The notes: generated by a model from the letters alone, not told the origin. Counted from the first letter of the stretch, positions 28,926 through 39,059 are shown. The stretch: DNA of 64,000 nt from Candidatus Kapaibacterium sp. (GCA_963665665.1 OY762428.1:128001-192000); one strand, 5' to 3'. A program made the numbers and translations.

Positions 28926-29370
28926 GCCTCCGACCAAGAGTTCAATGACTTCGACCAAGGCAGCAATAACTTCGAACAAGGCATCAATAACTTCGAACAA
29001 GGCAGCAATATCATCAAACATCGGTGCAATAGCTTCAAACAAGAGTTCATTATCATCAAACATCGGTGCATCGATTTGGAACAAGACAGCAATGAAGCAA
29101 AACATTGCTGCAATAGCTTAGAACATCGGTGCAATGACTCCGACCAAGGCATCAATAATTCCGACCAAGGCGTCAATGAAGCAAAACATTGGTTCAATAG
29201 CTTCAACCAAGAGTTCATTATCTTCAAACAAGGCGGCAATGACTCCGACCAAGGCGTCAATAAAGCAAAACATTGCTGCAATAGTGTCGAACAAGGCATC
29301 ATTAAAATCAAACATCAGTGCAATGGCGTCGACCATTGTTACATTGATTTCAAACATCGGTGCATTGCCG
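28926..29370. repeat. 21-nt modular array, same unit vocabulary as 7825-9905
   Basis: 21 consecutive units, consensus N6-RA(A/C)CA-W-N5-CA(A/T)T. Confidence 0.92.
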
Positions 29371-29651
29371 CTGCCCCTTCCTACCTCCCCCCGGCCACCT
29401 CCTTCGGAAGAAGGAGGAGTTAATTCTATGATATTTAATTTCTTATCCCCTCCTAAAGTAGGAGGGGAATACAGGGGTGGTTTGCTTTCTTTGCTTCTGG
29501 TCAGTGCGCCATTATCTTCAAACATCGGTGCATTGCCTCTGCCCCTTCCTACCTCCCCCCGGCCACCTCCTTCGGAAGAAGGAGGAGTTAATTCTATGAT
29601 ATTTAATTTCTTATCCCCTCCTAAAGTAGGAGGGGAATACAGGGGTGGTTT
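29349..29651. repeat. Direct repeat (~133 bp, period 168 bp) of hairpin-rich unit
   Basis: CAAACATCGGTGCATTGCC..CCTCCTTCGGAAGAAGG..CCCCTCCTAAAGTAGGAGGGG..GGTGGTTT at 29351 and 29519. Confidence 0.92.
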
Positions 29652-29757
29652 TTTTATTCGCAAGAAAATAGAAAGAATTTTATGCATGGAAAAATTATCG
29701 ACAATTATCGCATTTTTTAACGATAAGTAATAATACTTTTATAATACAGATGGAATA

Positions 29758-30174
29758 TCAAATATCCAGAATAATATTAACTTCAAAATTTCCATTATCA
29801 TTTCTGATAATTTCCGCACCATGATAAGTTACGGCTTTCACATCATCATCGAAACCATCCACAGGAATTCCGGATAATTTGAAAATACAGTTTTTATCAT
29901 TTGGAAAGTTTATCCCGTCAGGAATTGCTATAACATTATAAGAGTGCATGAATGACAATGCGTCAGAAAGGAAATCGACAATCAACGCTGAACAGTCTAT
30001 TGACTTGATGTTAAATTCCTCGCTTACATGGCTTACAACATTTTCGGGCAGATCATTATGAAACATAACTTTGCAAAGCCCATCAAGTGCCGAGGCAAAA
30101 AGCCCTGCAAGTGAATCAGATTCAGAATGGATTATAAGATCTGCTGTGTGCGAAAGAAGTTTATATTTCTGCAT
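29758..30174 (-). CDS. Archease
   Basis: YKLLSHTADL, VKAVTYHG, terminal LDI. Confidence 0.93.
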   Translation of the reverse strand: MQKYKLLSHTADLIIHSESDSLAGLFASALDGLCKVMFHNDLPENVVSHVSEEFNIKSIDCSALIVDFLSDALSFMHSYNVIAIPDGINFPNDKNCIFKLSGIPVDGFDDDVKAVTYHGAEIIRNDNGNFEVNIILDI

Positions 30175-30585
30175 TATCTGAAAATCCCTGAATATAATTG
30201 AATCAATATAACAGTATATCCAAAAATAATTAAAAAAATCAACAACATATTATTATACAGATATTTTTTTTACAATTTACGGTTTTTATTTTTCCCTGAA
30301 ATAATTATATTCCCATGTAGTGGAATGCATTGAGCAGAGCAGTTTTTGACTTATTATTATTACGGGAATATTGATCAATAATTTTTTAAACATGATTGTA
30401 ATTTTTCATTTTCGTTGCTTAATGAAAATTTCTTTCGTATTTTAAAACTGCTGTGCTTTTTAACAACGGAACGTGTTTTTGACGAATAGCTTGCAGAAAA
30501 GAATATAACCGAACAGGAAAAAGACCATAAGACTTTATTATTGTTGAAATTAAGATTAATAGTATAAAATCAGACGAGAATCAAT

Positions 30586-32553
30586 ATGTATGAATTGATT
30601 AAATTTGTTCCTGCTTTGCCATTAATTGGTTTCCTGATCATTGGGCTAACCGGAAAATACCTTAAAAATGAAGGACTGATTGGAACGATTGCCAGCGCCG
30701 CAGTTGGGGGCGCATTTTTGATTACTGCTTCCATATTCTTCACAATGCTCGGCAATATGCCTGAAAAGGCCGTGATAGTTCCTGTTTACGAGTGGATTGC
30801 TGCCGGTGATTTTTCTGTTAACATCTCCTACCAGGTAGACCAGCTCTCTATCCTATTTTCAATGTTTATTACTCTTGTAGGTTTTCTTATTCATGTATAT
30901 TCCATTGGTTATATGCACGGAGACAGAAGTTACTACAGGTTTTTTGCATACCTGAACCTATTCGTGTTCATGATGCTGAACCTGGTCCTTTCAAGCAACC
31001 TGTTGCTTACATTCCTTGGCTGGGAAGGCGTTGGGCTGTGTTCCTACCTTCTTATCGGCTTTTGGTATGATAAAAAATTCGATGGTGTAAGAATTACATG
31101 GAATGGTGATGCCGGAAACAAAGCATTTATCGTCAACAGAATCGGCGACTTTGGTTTCCTTATCGCTATGTTCCTGATATTTGTAACCTTTGGAACTTTG
31201 GAATATACTCAGGTTAATGAGCTTGCAATCAGCGGAGCGTCAATTTATGCCGGCGGCGGCTTAATAACAGCTATCACATTATTAATGTTCCTTGGCTGTA
31301 CCGGTAAATCGGCTCAATTGCCTCTTGCAGTCTGGCTACCGGACGCAATGGCAGGCCCGACTCCGGTTTCGGCGCTTATTCATGCCGCTACAATGGTAAC
31401 AGCAGGGGTTTATCTTGTTGCAAGGAACTCAGTGCTTTACGCTCTTGCACCTGATTCGATGGCTGTAGTGGCTGTTGTAGGTGTGGCCACGGCATTTCTT
31501 GCCGCAAGCGTCGGCCTTGTTCAAAATGATATTAAAAAGGTACTTGCATATTCAACTGTCAGCCAGCTGGGCTTTATGTTCATTGCCCTTGGCGTAGGAG
31601 CATTCACAGCAGGTATCTTCCATGTTATGACCCATGCTTTCTTCAAGGGACTGCTCTTCCTCGGAGCCGGTTCGGTTATCCACGGAATGCATGAAATACA
31701 GAACATCAAGAAGATGGGCGGCCTAAAAAAATATATGCCGATCACTTATGGTACTTTTCTTGTGGCCACACTCGCCATTGCAGGTGTTCCGCCATTTGCA
31801 GGATTTTTCTCGAAAGATGAAATATTGTGGAAAGCCTTCGATCAGGGAAATATCTTCTTATGGCTGTTCGGTACAATAGCCGCTTTATTTACTGCATTCT
31901 ATATGTATCGCCTGATAATGCTCGTATTCCGCGGCGAGGAACGTTTTGACCATCATCATGTTCATCCCCACGAATCACCTAAAACAATGACTGTACCGCT
32001 GATAGTTCTTGCTGTTCTGTCAGCAATTGGCGGATTTCTCGGAGTTCCTCATGCCCTTGGGTTTGGCGTACTGCACGATACCAATTTAATCGAAAGCTGG
32101 CTGCACCCGATTTTTGCTGATGCACATCATATTATGAATATAATGCCTCATCATCATATACCAGTTGAAGAATACCTGCTAATGCTTCTATCGGTTGGTA
32201 TTGCAGTTCTTGGTATTTTTACCGCAAAATCATGGTATAAAGGCGACTGGGCAGTGCCAAAATCTCTTGCCAAAAATTTCAGTGGCATCTACAAGCTGCT
32301 TTTCAGGAAATATATGCTGGATGAATTCTATTTTAAAACAGTTATCGATCCGATTGTGAATACATCCCGCGGATTCCTTTGGAAATTTTTTGATGTTAAA
32401 CTGATTGACGGTATAGTTAACGGATCTGCAAGGATGATTGCCCTTACCGGCGAGGTTATCCGAAGGATGCAGACCGGTATCGCACAGAATTATGCGCTCG
32501 TGATGATGATAGGAATACTTGCCGTGCTTTCATGGCTTGTATTGTCTATATAA
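30586..32553 (+). CDS. nuoL: NADH-quinone oxidoreductase subunit L
   Basis: HVYSIGYM, GWEGVGLCSYLLIGFW, KAFIVNRIGDFG, GKSAQLPL..WLPDAMAGPTPVSALIHAATMV. Confidence 0.97.
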   Translation: MYELIKFVPALPLIGFLIIGLTGKYLKNEGLIGTIASAAVGGAFLITASIFFTMLGNMPEKAVIVPVYEWIAAGDFSVNISYQVDQLSILFSMFITLVGFLIHVYSIGYMHGDRSYYRFFAYLNLFVFMMLNLVLSSNLLLTFLGWEGVGLCSYLLIGFWYDKKFDGVRITWNGDAGNKAFIVNRIGDFGFLIAMFLIFVTFGTLEYTQVNELAISGASIYAGGGLITAITLLMFLGCTGKSAQLPLAVWLPDAMAGPTPVSALIHAATMVTAGVYLVARNSVLYALAPDSMAVVAVVGVATAFLAASVGLVQNDIKKVLAYSTVSQLGFMFIALGVGAFTAGIFHVMTHAFFKGLLFLGAGSVIHGMHEIQNIKKMGGLKKYMPITYGTFLVATLAIAGVPPFAGFFSKDEILWKAFDQGNIFLWLFGTIAALFTAFYMYRLIMLVFRGEERFDHHHVHPHESPKTMTVPLIVLAVLSAIGGFLGVPHALGFGVLHDTNLIESWLHPIFADAHHIMNIMPHHHIPVEEYLLMLLSVGIAVLGIFTAKSWYKGDWAVPKSLAKNFSGIYKLLFRKYMLDEFYFKTVIDPIVNTSRGFLWKFFDVKLIDGIVNGSARMIALTGEVIRRMQTGIAQNYALVMMIGILAVLSWLVLSI

Positions 32554-32589
32554 AATTGAATAGTATTGTTAGATTGTATAGATATTAAA

Positions 32590-34176
32590 ATGGCTGCGTT
32601 ATTACTGACACTATTTCTGCCTTTTGCCGGCGCAATACTGCTGATGTTCTTCGGCAGGGACGCCCGCAATGCCATTCGGAATACCGCGTTGGGAATTTCA
32701 GCGATAACTTTTATCATATCGTTGAGCCTCTGGTTCGGATTTAATTCCGAGAACCCGGGATTTCAGTTTGTAATTGACCAGGTCTGGATACCTTCCATTG
32801 ATGCAGGTTTCCGGGTTGGTATGGACGGGATGTCTTTATTGCTTGTAATGCTTACAACATTCATCTCGCCAATATCCATTCTGGCTTCTTTTGACGCAAT
32901 TAAAAAGCGCGACAAAGAATATTATATCATGATTCTGCTTCTGCAGTTCGGAATGACAGGTGTATTTATTTCTATGGATATTTTCCTTTTCTACATTTTT
33001 TGGGAAATAATCCTTATACCGATGTATTTCATGATAGGCCTTTGGGGTGGTAAAAACAGAATCTATGCTGCTGTGAAGTTTTTCCTATTCACCGTTGTAG
33101 GTTCTTTGTTCATGCTTATCGCTATTGTATGGCTTGGATATTACACGGGAACCTATCTTGTACCTAATGATGCAGGCTTCACAACAAACCTGATGGTAAT
33201 AAGAGAAGTTGCCCACACAATCCCCTTTGAAATTCAGAGATGGATGTTCCTGGCTTTCGCGTTGTCATTTCTAATAAAAGTACCTCTATTCCCTCTTCAC
33301 ACATGGCTGGCGGATGCTCATACCGAGGCACCAACGCCGGGATCTGTTATCCTGGCAGGCGTACTACTGAAAATGGGTACTTACGGCCTTATCCGATTCA
33401 ACCTGGAATTATTCCCGCAGTCGGCAATTGCTTATGCATCCCCAATTGCATGGCTTGCTGTGATAGGCATTGTTTACGGAGCGCTTGTTGCCATGGTACA
33501 AACTGATGTTAAACGCCTCGTGGCTTTTTCGTCGGTAAGCCACCTGGGGTTTGTTGTACTTGGAATATTTTCAATGACTGCAGCCGGAATCCAGGGCGCT
33601 ATCATCCAGATGGTCAACCACGGATTGTCAACAGGCATGCTCTTCCTTGCCGTGGGTATGATATATGAAAGGCGTCATACAAGAGATATTAAAGAATTCG
33701 GAGGTATTGCCCGGGTTATGCCTGCTTACACTGTATTCTTTGCAATAGCGATGCTGGCTTCGGTAGGGCTTCCGGGACTTAACGGTTTCGTGGGCGAATA
33801 CCTGACGCTTATCGGTGCATTCAAATCACCATTCCTCAACTCATACTGGTATGCAATAATTGCTGCCACAGGAGTGATATTTGCAGCCTGTTACCTGCTT
33901 TGGATGTTCCAGCGCGTTATGTTTGGTGAAAACACCAACCCGGCAAACCATAATTTGAAAGATGTTAACACCCGCGAAGTTATGATGCTTGTTCCGCTGG
34001 TATTATTTATTGTATGGATTGGAGTTTACCCTTCAACATTTATGGGTAAATCTGAAAACTCCACTAAAGCGCTCATCAATAAGCTGCAAATTGTAAAATT
34101 CGGTAAAGCCAAATACGATTTGCCAAAAGTTATTGATAAAAACGAAGAAGAAGTCGGTTTACTCGAAGATAAATAA
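32590..34176 (+). CDS. nuoM: NADH-quinone oxidoreductase subunit M
   Basis: FYIFWE..LIPMYFMIGLWG, KVPLFPLHTWL.DAHTEAPT, LLKMGTYG, SSVSHLG. Confidence 0.97.
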   Translation: MAALLLTLFLPFAGAILLMFFGRDARNAIRNTALGISAITFIISLSLWFGFNSENPGFQFVIDQVWIPSIDAGFRVGMDGMSLLLVMLTTFISPISILASFDAIKKRDKEYYIMILLLQFGMTGVFISMDIFLFYIFWEIILIPMYFMIGLWGGKNRIYAAVKFFLFTVVGSLFMLIAIVWLGYYTGTYLVPNDAGFTTNLMVIREVAHTIPFEIQRWMFLAFALSFLIKVPLFPLHTWLADAHTEAPTPGSVILAGVLLKMGTYGLIRFNLELFPQSAIAYASPIAWLAVIGIVYGALVAMVQTDVKRLVAFSSVSHLGFVVLGIFSMTAAGIQGAIIQMVNHGLSTGMLFLAVGMIYERRHTRDIKEFGGIARVMPAYTVFFAIAMLASVGLPGLNGFVGEYLTLIGAFKSPFLNSYWYAIIAATGVIFAACYLLWMFQRVMFGENTNPANHNLKDVNTREVMMLVPLVLFIVWIGVYPSTFMGKSENSTKALINKLQIVKFGKAKYDLPKVIDKNEEEVGLLEDK

Positions 34177-34199
34177 GAAATTTTATTTACAATATACAC

Positions 34200-35678
34200 A
34201 TGACCATGGGAAATGAAATTCAATTATCGCTGCCATTAATATTGATCTCGGTACTGTCTGTTGCGGCAATCGTAATCGATGCATTATCCGGGAAAAACAA
34301 AGGCCTGCTATACCTGTTTTCTATTGCGGGATTGATAATCACTGCCGCCGCCGCAGGGGCAAGCATGACTATCCCCCTTGAAACAGTTAACAGCATACTG
34401 CCCGAAGAAAGCCTGACAAAAGGTATGATCAGCTTCGGAGGCTACGCGGCATTTTTTGATATCCTGTTCTGCCTGGCTGGAATTATGACTTTATTCGCGG
34501 CCCGGCAATACATGATTAAAGAATATCAGGAGTATAAAGAATTCTATTCCTTAATACTTCTGGCAATTAGCGGCATGATGTATATCGTTCATGCAGCAAA
34601 TATGATCATTCTTTTCATTGGTATAGAGATAATGTCCCTGGCATTTTACGTTTTGTCGGGATTTATTCGTACTAACCTGAAATCAGTGGAAGCTGCCCTG
34701 AAATATTTCCTTCTCGGAGCTTTTGCCACCGGGTTCCTTCTTTACGGAATAGCGATGATATACGGTGCAACAGGATCTATTGATATTGGCATTATTGCCG
34801 AAAAAGTAAGAGCAGCCGACTACAACCTGCTTTACCTTACCATCGGTTTCGGGCTAATGATAATAGGCCTTAGTTTCAAAGTTGCGGCATTTCCTTTCCA
34901 CCAGTGGGCTCCGGATGTTTACGAGGGAGCACCAACAGTTGTTACTGCATTCATGAGCACAGCTGGTAAAGCTGCAGCCGTTACTGCTTTCATAATCGTC
35001 GGAAGGGCTATTATGCCCCAGGTTTCCGACCAGGTAGTGGCAGCAGCATCAACAGACACGGCCAGACTAATTATTGCCATTATATCCGCAGCTACAATGC
35101 TTGTTGGTAATATCAGCGCCGTGGTCCAGAAAAATGTAAAAAGAATGCTCGCATATTCCTCAGTTGCACACGCCGGATATATGCTTATGGGCATTGTGGC
35201 CAACAACGACCGCGGCTGGGCCGGGATAGCATTCTATGCAAGCGCATATCTTTTCATGCAGATCGGTTCCTTTGTGGTTGTATCTCTGATCGAAAACAAA
35301 GAGAAAAACTTAATGCTTGATGATTACGCGGGCCTTAGCAAAACGCAGCCTGCTCTTGCCGCAATGATGGCTTTATTCATGTTCTCGCTGGCAGGCATTC
35401 CGCCAATGGCTGGTTTCTTCGGCAAATATTACCTGTTTGCAGCCGCAATCGAAGCCGGGTTTACATGGCTGACAATACTTGCCGTTATATCCTCAATTAT
35501 CTCAGTTTACTTCTATATCGGACTCGTTGTTCAGATGTATTTCAAAGAACAGGGCGAAACAGAGATAAAAGTAAAAACCGGCGCGGCGGGAATCACACTG
35601 GCAATTTCAGTGGCAGGAATACTTATTTTCGGTTTCTTCCCCTCCCTGCTTATGAATATAGCCGAAAAGATTTTCTAA
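34200..35678 (+). CDS. nuoN: NADH-quinone oxidoreductase subunit N
   Basis: EAALKYFLLG, FKVAAFPFHQWAPDVYEGAPT, KRMLAYSSVAHAGY, SLAGIPP.AGFFGK. Confidence 0.97.
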   Translation: MTMGNEIQLSLPLILISVLSVAAIVIDALSGKNKGLLYLFSIAGLIITAAAAGASMTIPLETVNSILPEESLTKGMISFGGYAAFFDILFCLAGIMTLFAARQYMIKEYQEYKEFYSLILLAISGMMYIVHAANMIILFIGIEIMSLAFYVLSGFIRTNLKSVEAALKYFLLGAFATGFLLYGIAMIYGATGSIDIGIIAEKVRAADYNLLYLTIGFGLMIIGLSFKVAAFPFHQWAPDVYEGAPTVVTAFMSTAGKAAAVTAFIIVGRAIMPQVSDQVVAAASTDTARLIIAIISAATMLVGNISAVVQKNVKRMLAYSSVAHAGYMLMGIVANNDRGWAGIAFYASAYLFMQIGSFVVVSLIENKEKNLMLDDYAGLSKTQPALAAMMALFMFSLAGIPPMAGFFGKYYLFAAAIEAGFTWLTILAVISSIISVYFYIGLVVQMYFKEQGETEIKVKTGAAGITLAISVAGILIFGFFPSLLMNIAEKIF

Positions 35679-35702
35679 CCAACATAAAAATTTATCACAA
35701 CT

Positions 35703-35730
35703 AAGCCTCCGATTCTCGGGGGCTTTTTTA
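35703..35730 (+). terminator. Intrinsic terminator after nuoN
   Basis: AAGCCTCCGA-TTC-TCGGGGGCTT followed by a T-run. Confidence 0.8.
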
Positions 35731-35859
35731 ATTGCATTCTTTCCTTTCTATTGATGGCTGGGGACAATTTTTCCTCTCCTTCCCAAGCCCCGCTTGGGAA
35801 TGTAATTCCACAAAAAATAGAATTTTAATGGGAATTAACCCACATATTTTTCCTGCCGC

Positions 35860-36763
35860 CTATCCCACCGCCACCACAGCGCTTATCAGCCCGTAACCAT
35901 TATGGTTGCGCGCACGGACGGCATACTCTGCCGGAATCTCCGCCGGTGGCAGCATAGCGCTCAGATCGCGGCCCCGCCAGGCTTTCCGCCATTTTTTACC
36001 CTTTTTTGTGCCGCGCGTCACAATCTCGTAACTCGTCGCGCCCTCCACTTCCGGCCATGAAAAAACTTCCTGCGCGGCATCATAGTCAAAATCCGCCGGA
36101 GCCTCGGGCCTGTGCGGGTTTCCGCGCCTTTTCAGGTTCACCATCCCGATTTTCTGGATCAGCACCGAATCCTTGCCCATCACCCCGCGCCACCAGCCCT
36201 TCAGCAAGGTCAGCAGCCACTCGTCGGCCTTCATCAGCTCCTTCAGCTCCGCAGTGCTGTGCATCGCGCGCTTCTTTTTCTGCTCCTGTTCCTCCAGCGC
36301 CAGCTCCGTATCGGCAATCGCCGCAGCCAGCCTGTCTATCATCAGCTGCGGAATAGTTTTCGGCAGCCCCTCCTGAACGTGCCGATTGTACACTTCAACA
36401 ACCAGCTCGGCCCTCGAAAGCATCTCCAGGCGCGACTTTGGGAACCTCAGCCCAAAATCAAAATCCTTCAGATGCTTCTGATCATCCGCGTAAATCGGAA
36501 TACCCAACGCCCGCACAATCTGATAACATTCCGTCAGTTCCCTAAGCATATTCTGCACCAAAAAGGTCTGTGAATGCCACTGCGCAGTGTCCACCGCCGA
36601 CGAACTAATCTTATTCATGAATATATCATAACAGTCCTCAGCCCAAATACAGATTTCCTGCGGCGCATGAAGCTCATCACGAATAAAATCATGATTATCC
36701 TGGATTTTCCTAAGCCTTTCAGCCCTGATATCATGAGTATCCTGCAAGAAATTATTGTTTAGT
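35860..36763 (-). pseudogene. Alpha-helical/coiled-coil protein with C-terminal fibronectin type III domain; 5' end separated by the IS3 insertion
   Basis: C-terminal P.AP..F...FSW..VEGATSYE....W......Y.VRARN..GYG..S FN3 pattern. The frame is open up to the IS end (LNNNFLQDTHDIRAERL) with no evident RBS. A probable start (RBS GGGGAG + MSVILERLP) lies at 38220. Confidence 0.7.
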
Positions 36764-37003
36764 TGAAATGCTCCCTATTGCTTAGACAAATAAAAGTATA
36801 GTTTATGGTGTTTATTAATCTATACTTCTTCTCTAATAAAATAAGAAAAAAATATGTAATAATATTAATTTTTCTTTTTTTTGCTACTTTTTTTTCTTTT
36901 TGTTAACAACCTGGAAATTGTGGATAACTTTCACTCTCCTTTCTATTTCTTTTTTTATCAATTGCTTACCGGATTGCATTTTTTCACTTTTCCAACAAAG
37001 TTT

Positions 37004-37849
37004 TCAATTAACGAACCGCTGTTCGTTCATATATTTTTCAGCCGGAATCTGGTATTCAATTCCTGCGTGCGGCCTCGTGTTGTTATACCAATCGACATAA
37101 GCCTTTATACCGCCATAGAGCTCTTTTCCGTCTTCGTAAGACTTCAGATACAGGTCTTCGTATTTAAAGCTCCGCCAGAAGCGTTCTATGTAAACATTGT
37201 CCAAGGCGCGGCCCTTGCCGTCCATGCTTACCTTAACATCAGCATCCAGAATCGTTTTCACAAAATCATTGCTCGTGAACTGACTGCCCTGATCCGTGTT
37301 TGTTATTTCCGGTTTCCTGGTTTTCAAAGACCTTTTTATTGTATCTATGCAGAACTCCTTCTCAAGGTTATTCGATAATTCCCAGTCGACGATATACCTG
37401 CTATAAACATCTATAATTGCTATAAGATACATAAATCCTTTACGCATCGGAATATATGTTATATCCAGGCTCCAAACCTGATCCGGACGACTTATTTTCA
37501 TATCCCTCAACAGGTATGGATAAATTTTGTGCTCCTTGTTCGGTTTGCTCGTGTCCGGTTGGGGATATATTGCCCGAAGTCCCAATAATTTCATTAATCG
37601 CCTGATTCGTTTATAGTTAACATGGTATCCCAAAGAACGTAAGTGTGCTGTCATTTTTCTGGCTCCATAAAATGGAGTAATCGCGAATTGTTCTTTGATC
37701 AGCTTCATATATAGAATATTTGCTTCACTTTCACCCTTGGGTTTGTAATAATAACAGCTCCTGCTAATACCCAAAAGCTCGCACTGCCGGCTTATGCTAA
37801 TTTCTTTATTATCAGCATCTACCATCTTCCTGCGTTCTTCTTTACTCAC
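37004..37849 (-). CDS. IS3-family transposase OrfB (integrase core, DDE)
   Basis: SISRQCELLGISRS, WSLDITYIP, NTDQGSQFTS, SMDGKGRALDNVYIERFWRSFKYE, YN..RPH. Confidence 0.96.
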   Translation of the reverse strand: MSKEERRKMVDADNKEISISRQCELLGISRSCYYYKPKGESEANILYMKLIKEQFAITPFYGARKMTAHLRSLGYHVNYKRIRRLMKLLGLRAIYPQPDTSKPNKEHKIYPYLLRDMKISRPDQVWSLDITYIPMRKGFMYLIAIIDVYSRYIVDWELSNNLEKEFCIDTIKRSLKTRKPEITNTDQGSQFTSNDFVKTILDADVKVSMDGKGRALDNVYIERFWRSFKYEDLYLKSYEDGKELYGGIKAYVDWYNNTRPHAGIEYQIPAEKYMNEQRFVN

Positions 37850-38129
37850 GTCCCAATTTTTTTTTTAACCAGTCTAATTCAATTTTTAGCCGGCCTATTT
37901 CTTCATATAATACTGATTCGTCTTTTTCTTTTTTATTCTTCCCTGGCCCACGCTTGTTTTCAAATACTTCCTTTTCACTTTCTTTTAAATGCTTTTTCCA
38001 CATGCTTATCTGGTTTGGATGAACCCCGTACTCCGATGCCAGCTCGGTTATTGTTTTTCTCTCTTGGACTGCCTCCAGGGCTACCTGCATTTTGAATTTT
38101 GAACTGTAATTTCTTCGTTTGTTTGCCAT
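37842..38129 (-). CDS. IS3-family transposase OrfA (HTH)
   Basis: RRNYSSKFKMQVALEA...ELASEYGVHPNQISMWKK...LYEEIGRLKIELDWLKKK, AGGAG RBS. Confidence 0.94.
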   Translation of the reverse strand: MANKRRNYSSKFKMQVALEAVQERKTITELASEYGVHPNQISMWKKHLKESEKEVFENKRGPGKNKKEKDESVLYEEIGRLKIELDWLKKKLGRE

Positions 38130-38191
38130 TTGATGCTCCTTTTGATTTTTTGCAAGTTAAGATTATTTCACCTTAAATCGCTGTTTTTTTT

Positions 38192-38220
38192 AAAGGAAGC
38201 CGTTCAAGTATTACAGACAT
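38192..38220 (-). pseudogene. Displaced 5' end of a gene (MSVILERLP...), probably of the FN3-domain gene
   Basis: GGGGAG RBS (38226-38231), ATG at 38220, frame runs into IS sequence and stops. Confidence 0.55.
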
Positions 38221-38814
38221 TAAATCTCCCCGATATATAATATGATTACTAATATTAATATAAGTAATTAAATTATAAGTTCAAAGCAATAATCTACTTA
38301 TACAACAAATTAAATAATAACAATTAATATTTATCTTAAATAATTGAGTAATTCCCTAAGCAAAAACCATAAATAATCAATCAGAAATATTAAATAACAT
38401 ATTCATATTAGTAAATAATTAACTCATAATATCAATTCCAATTTATTTCATATTAAATAAACAGCCTGATTTAGTAAAAAACAGATTAGCCTAATAAATT
38501 ATAATACTTTATTATATAATAGGACAAATAATATATACAATTAGCATAACTTACTATTTTATCATATACATAAATAAATTAATAATATGAATAAGGAATT
38601 TAGTTAGATAAACTATATCAAGCATAAAATAGATTAAATATTTAATAAAATATAACGATAAAATATAAATTTATGATGATTATATACTCTGATAAATAAA
38701 ATATATAATAAATTATACTAACTAAATATTAACCCGATTATCCGATACCAGCAAATTGCACACACCAAATCATTTACAGGATTAGGCTTCATTCAAATAA
38801 TCCGTGTATTTATT

Positions 38815-39003
38815 ATTTTGAAATAAAGAATCGGAATTATAATTCAAATGATCAGTCTTTCCCGACATTGATTCACAATTTTGAAAGTAAGAATCATAAT
38901 TATGGGATAAAAAATTGATATTCTCAGCAATCAGATCACTATTTTAATATAAAAAATCGAAATTGTGGGATATATGATTGTTATTTTGAAAGAAATAAAG
39001 GCA
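38815..39003. repeat. Degenerate 21-nt-period array (9 units)
   Basis: Units start ATT (one CTT) every 21 nt, and most have AT(C/T) at positions 16-18: ATTTTGAAATAAAGAATCGGA, ATTTTGAAAGTAAGAATCATA, ATTATGGGATAAAAAATTGAT, ATTGTGGGATATATGATTGTT. Confidence 0.7.
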
Positions 39004-39059
39004 AATCCGTCGCCGGAAGACATTCTTATCCGCCATCCCCCTATTCATCGGAATGAAGG

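Larger units (their letters stand above)
36764..38191 (-). mobile_element. IS3-family insertion sequence; left (orfA-side) inverted repeat apparently missing
   Basis: End TGAAATGCTCCCTATTGCTTAGACA at 36764, orfA/orfB pair, no matching IR found upstream of orfA. Confidence 0.85.

Noticed and set aside
28604-29730. Heptad-repeat ORFs (TEHLVDL, LLNTWLI, FSKINQV, etc.)
   Set aside because: Several frames are open simultaneously because of the repeat; none can be singled out as real from sequence alone
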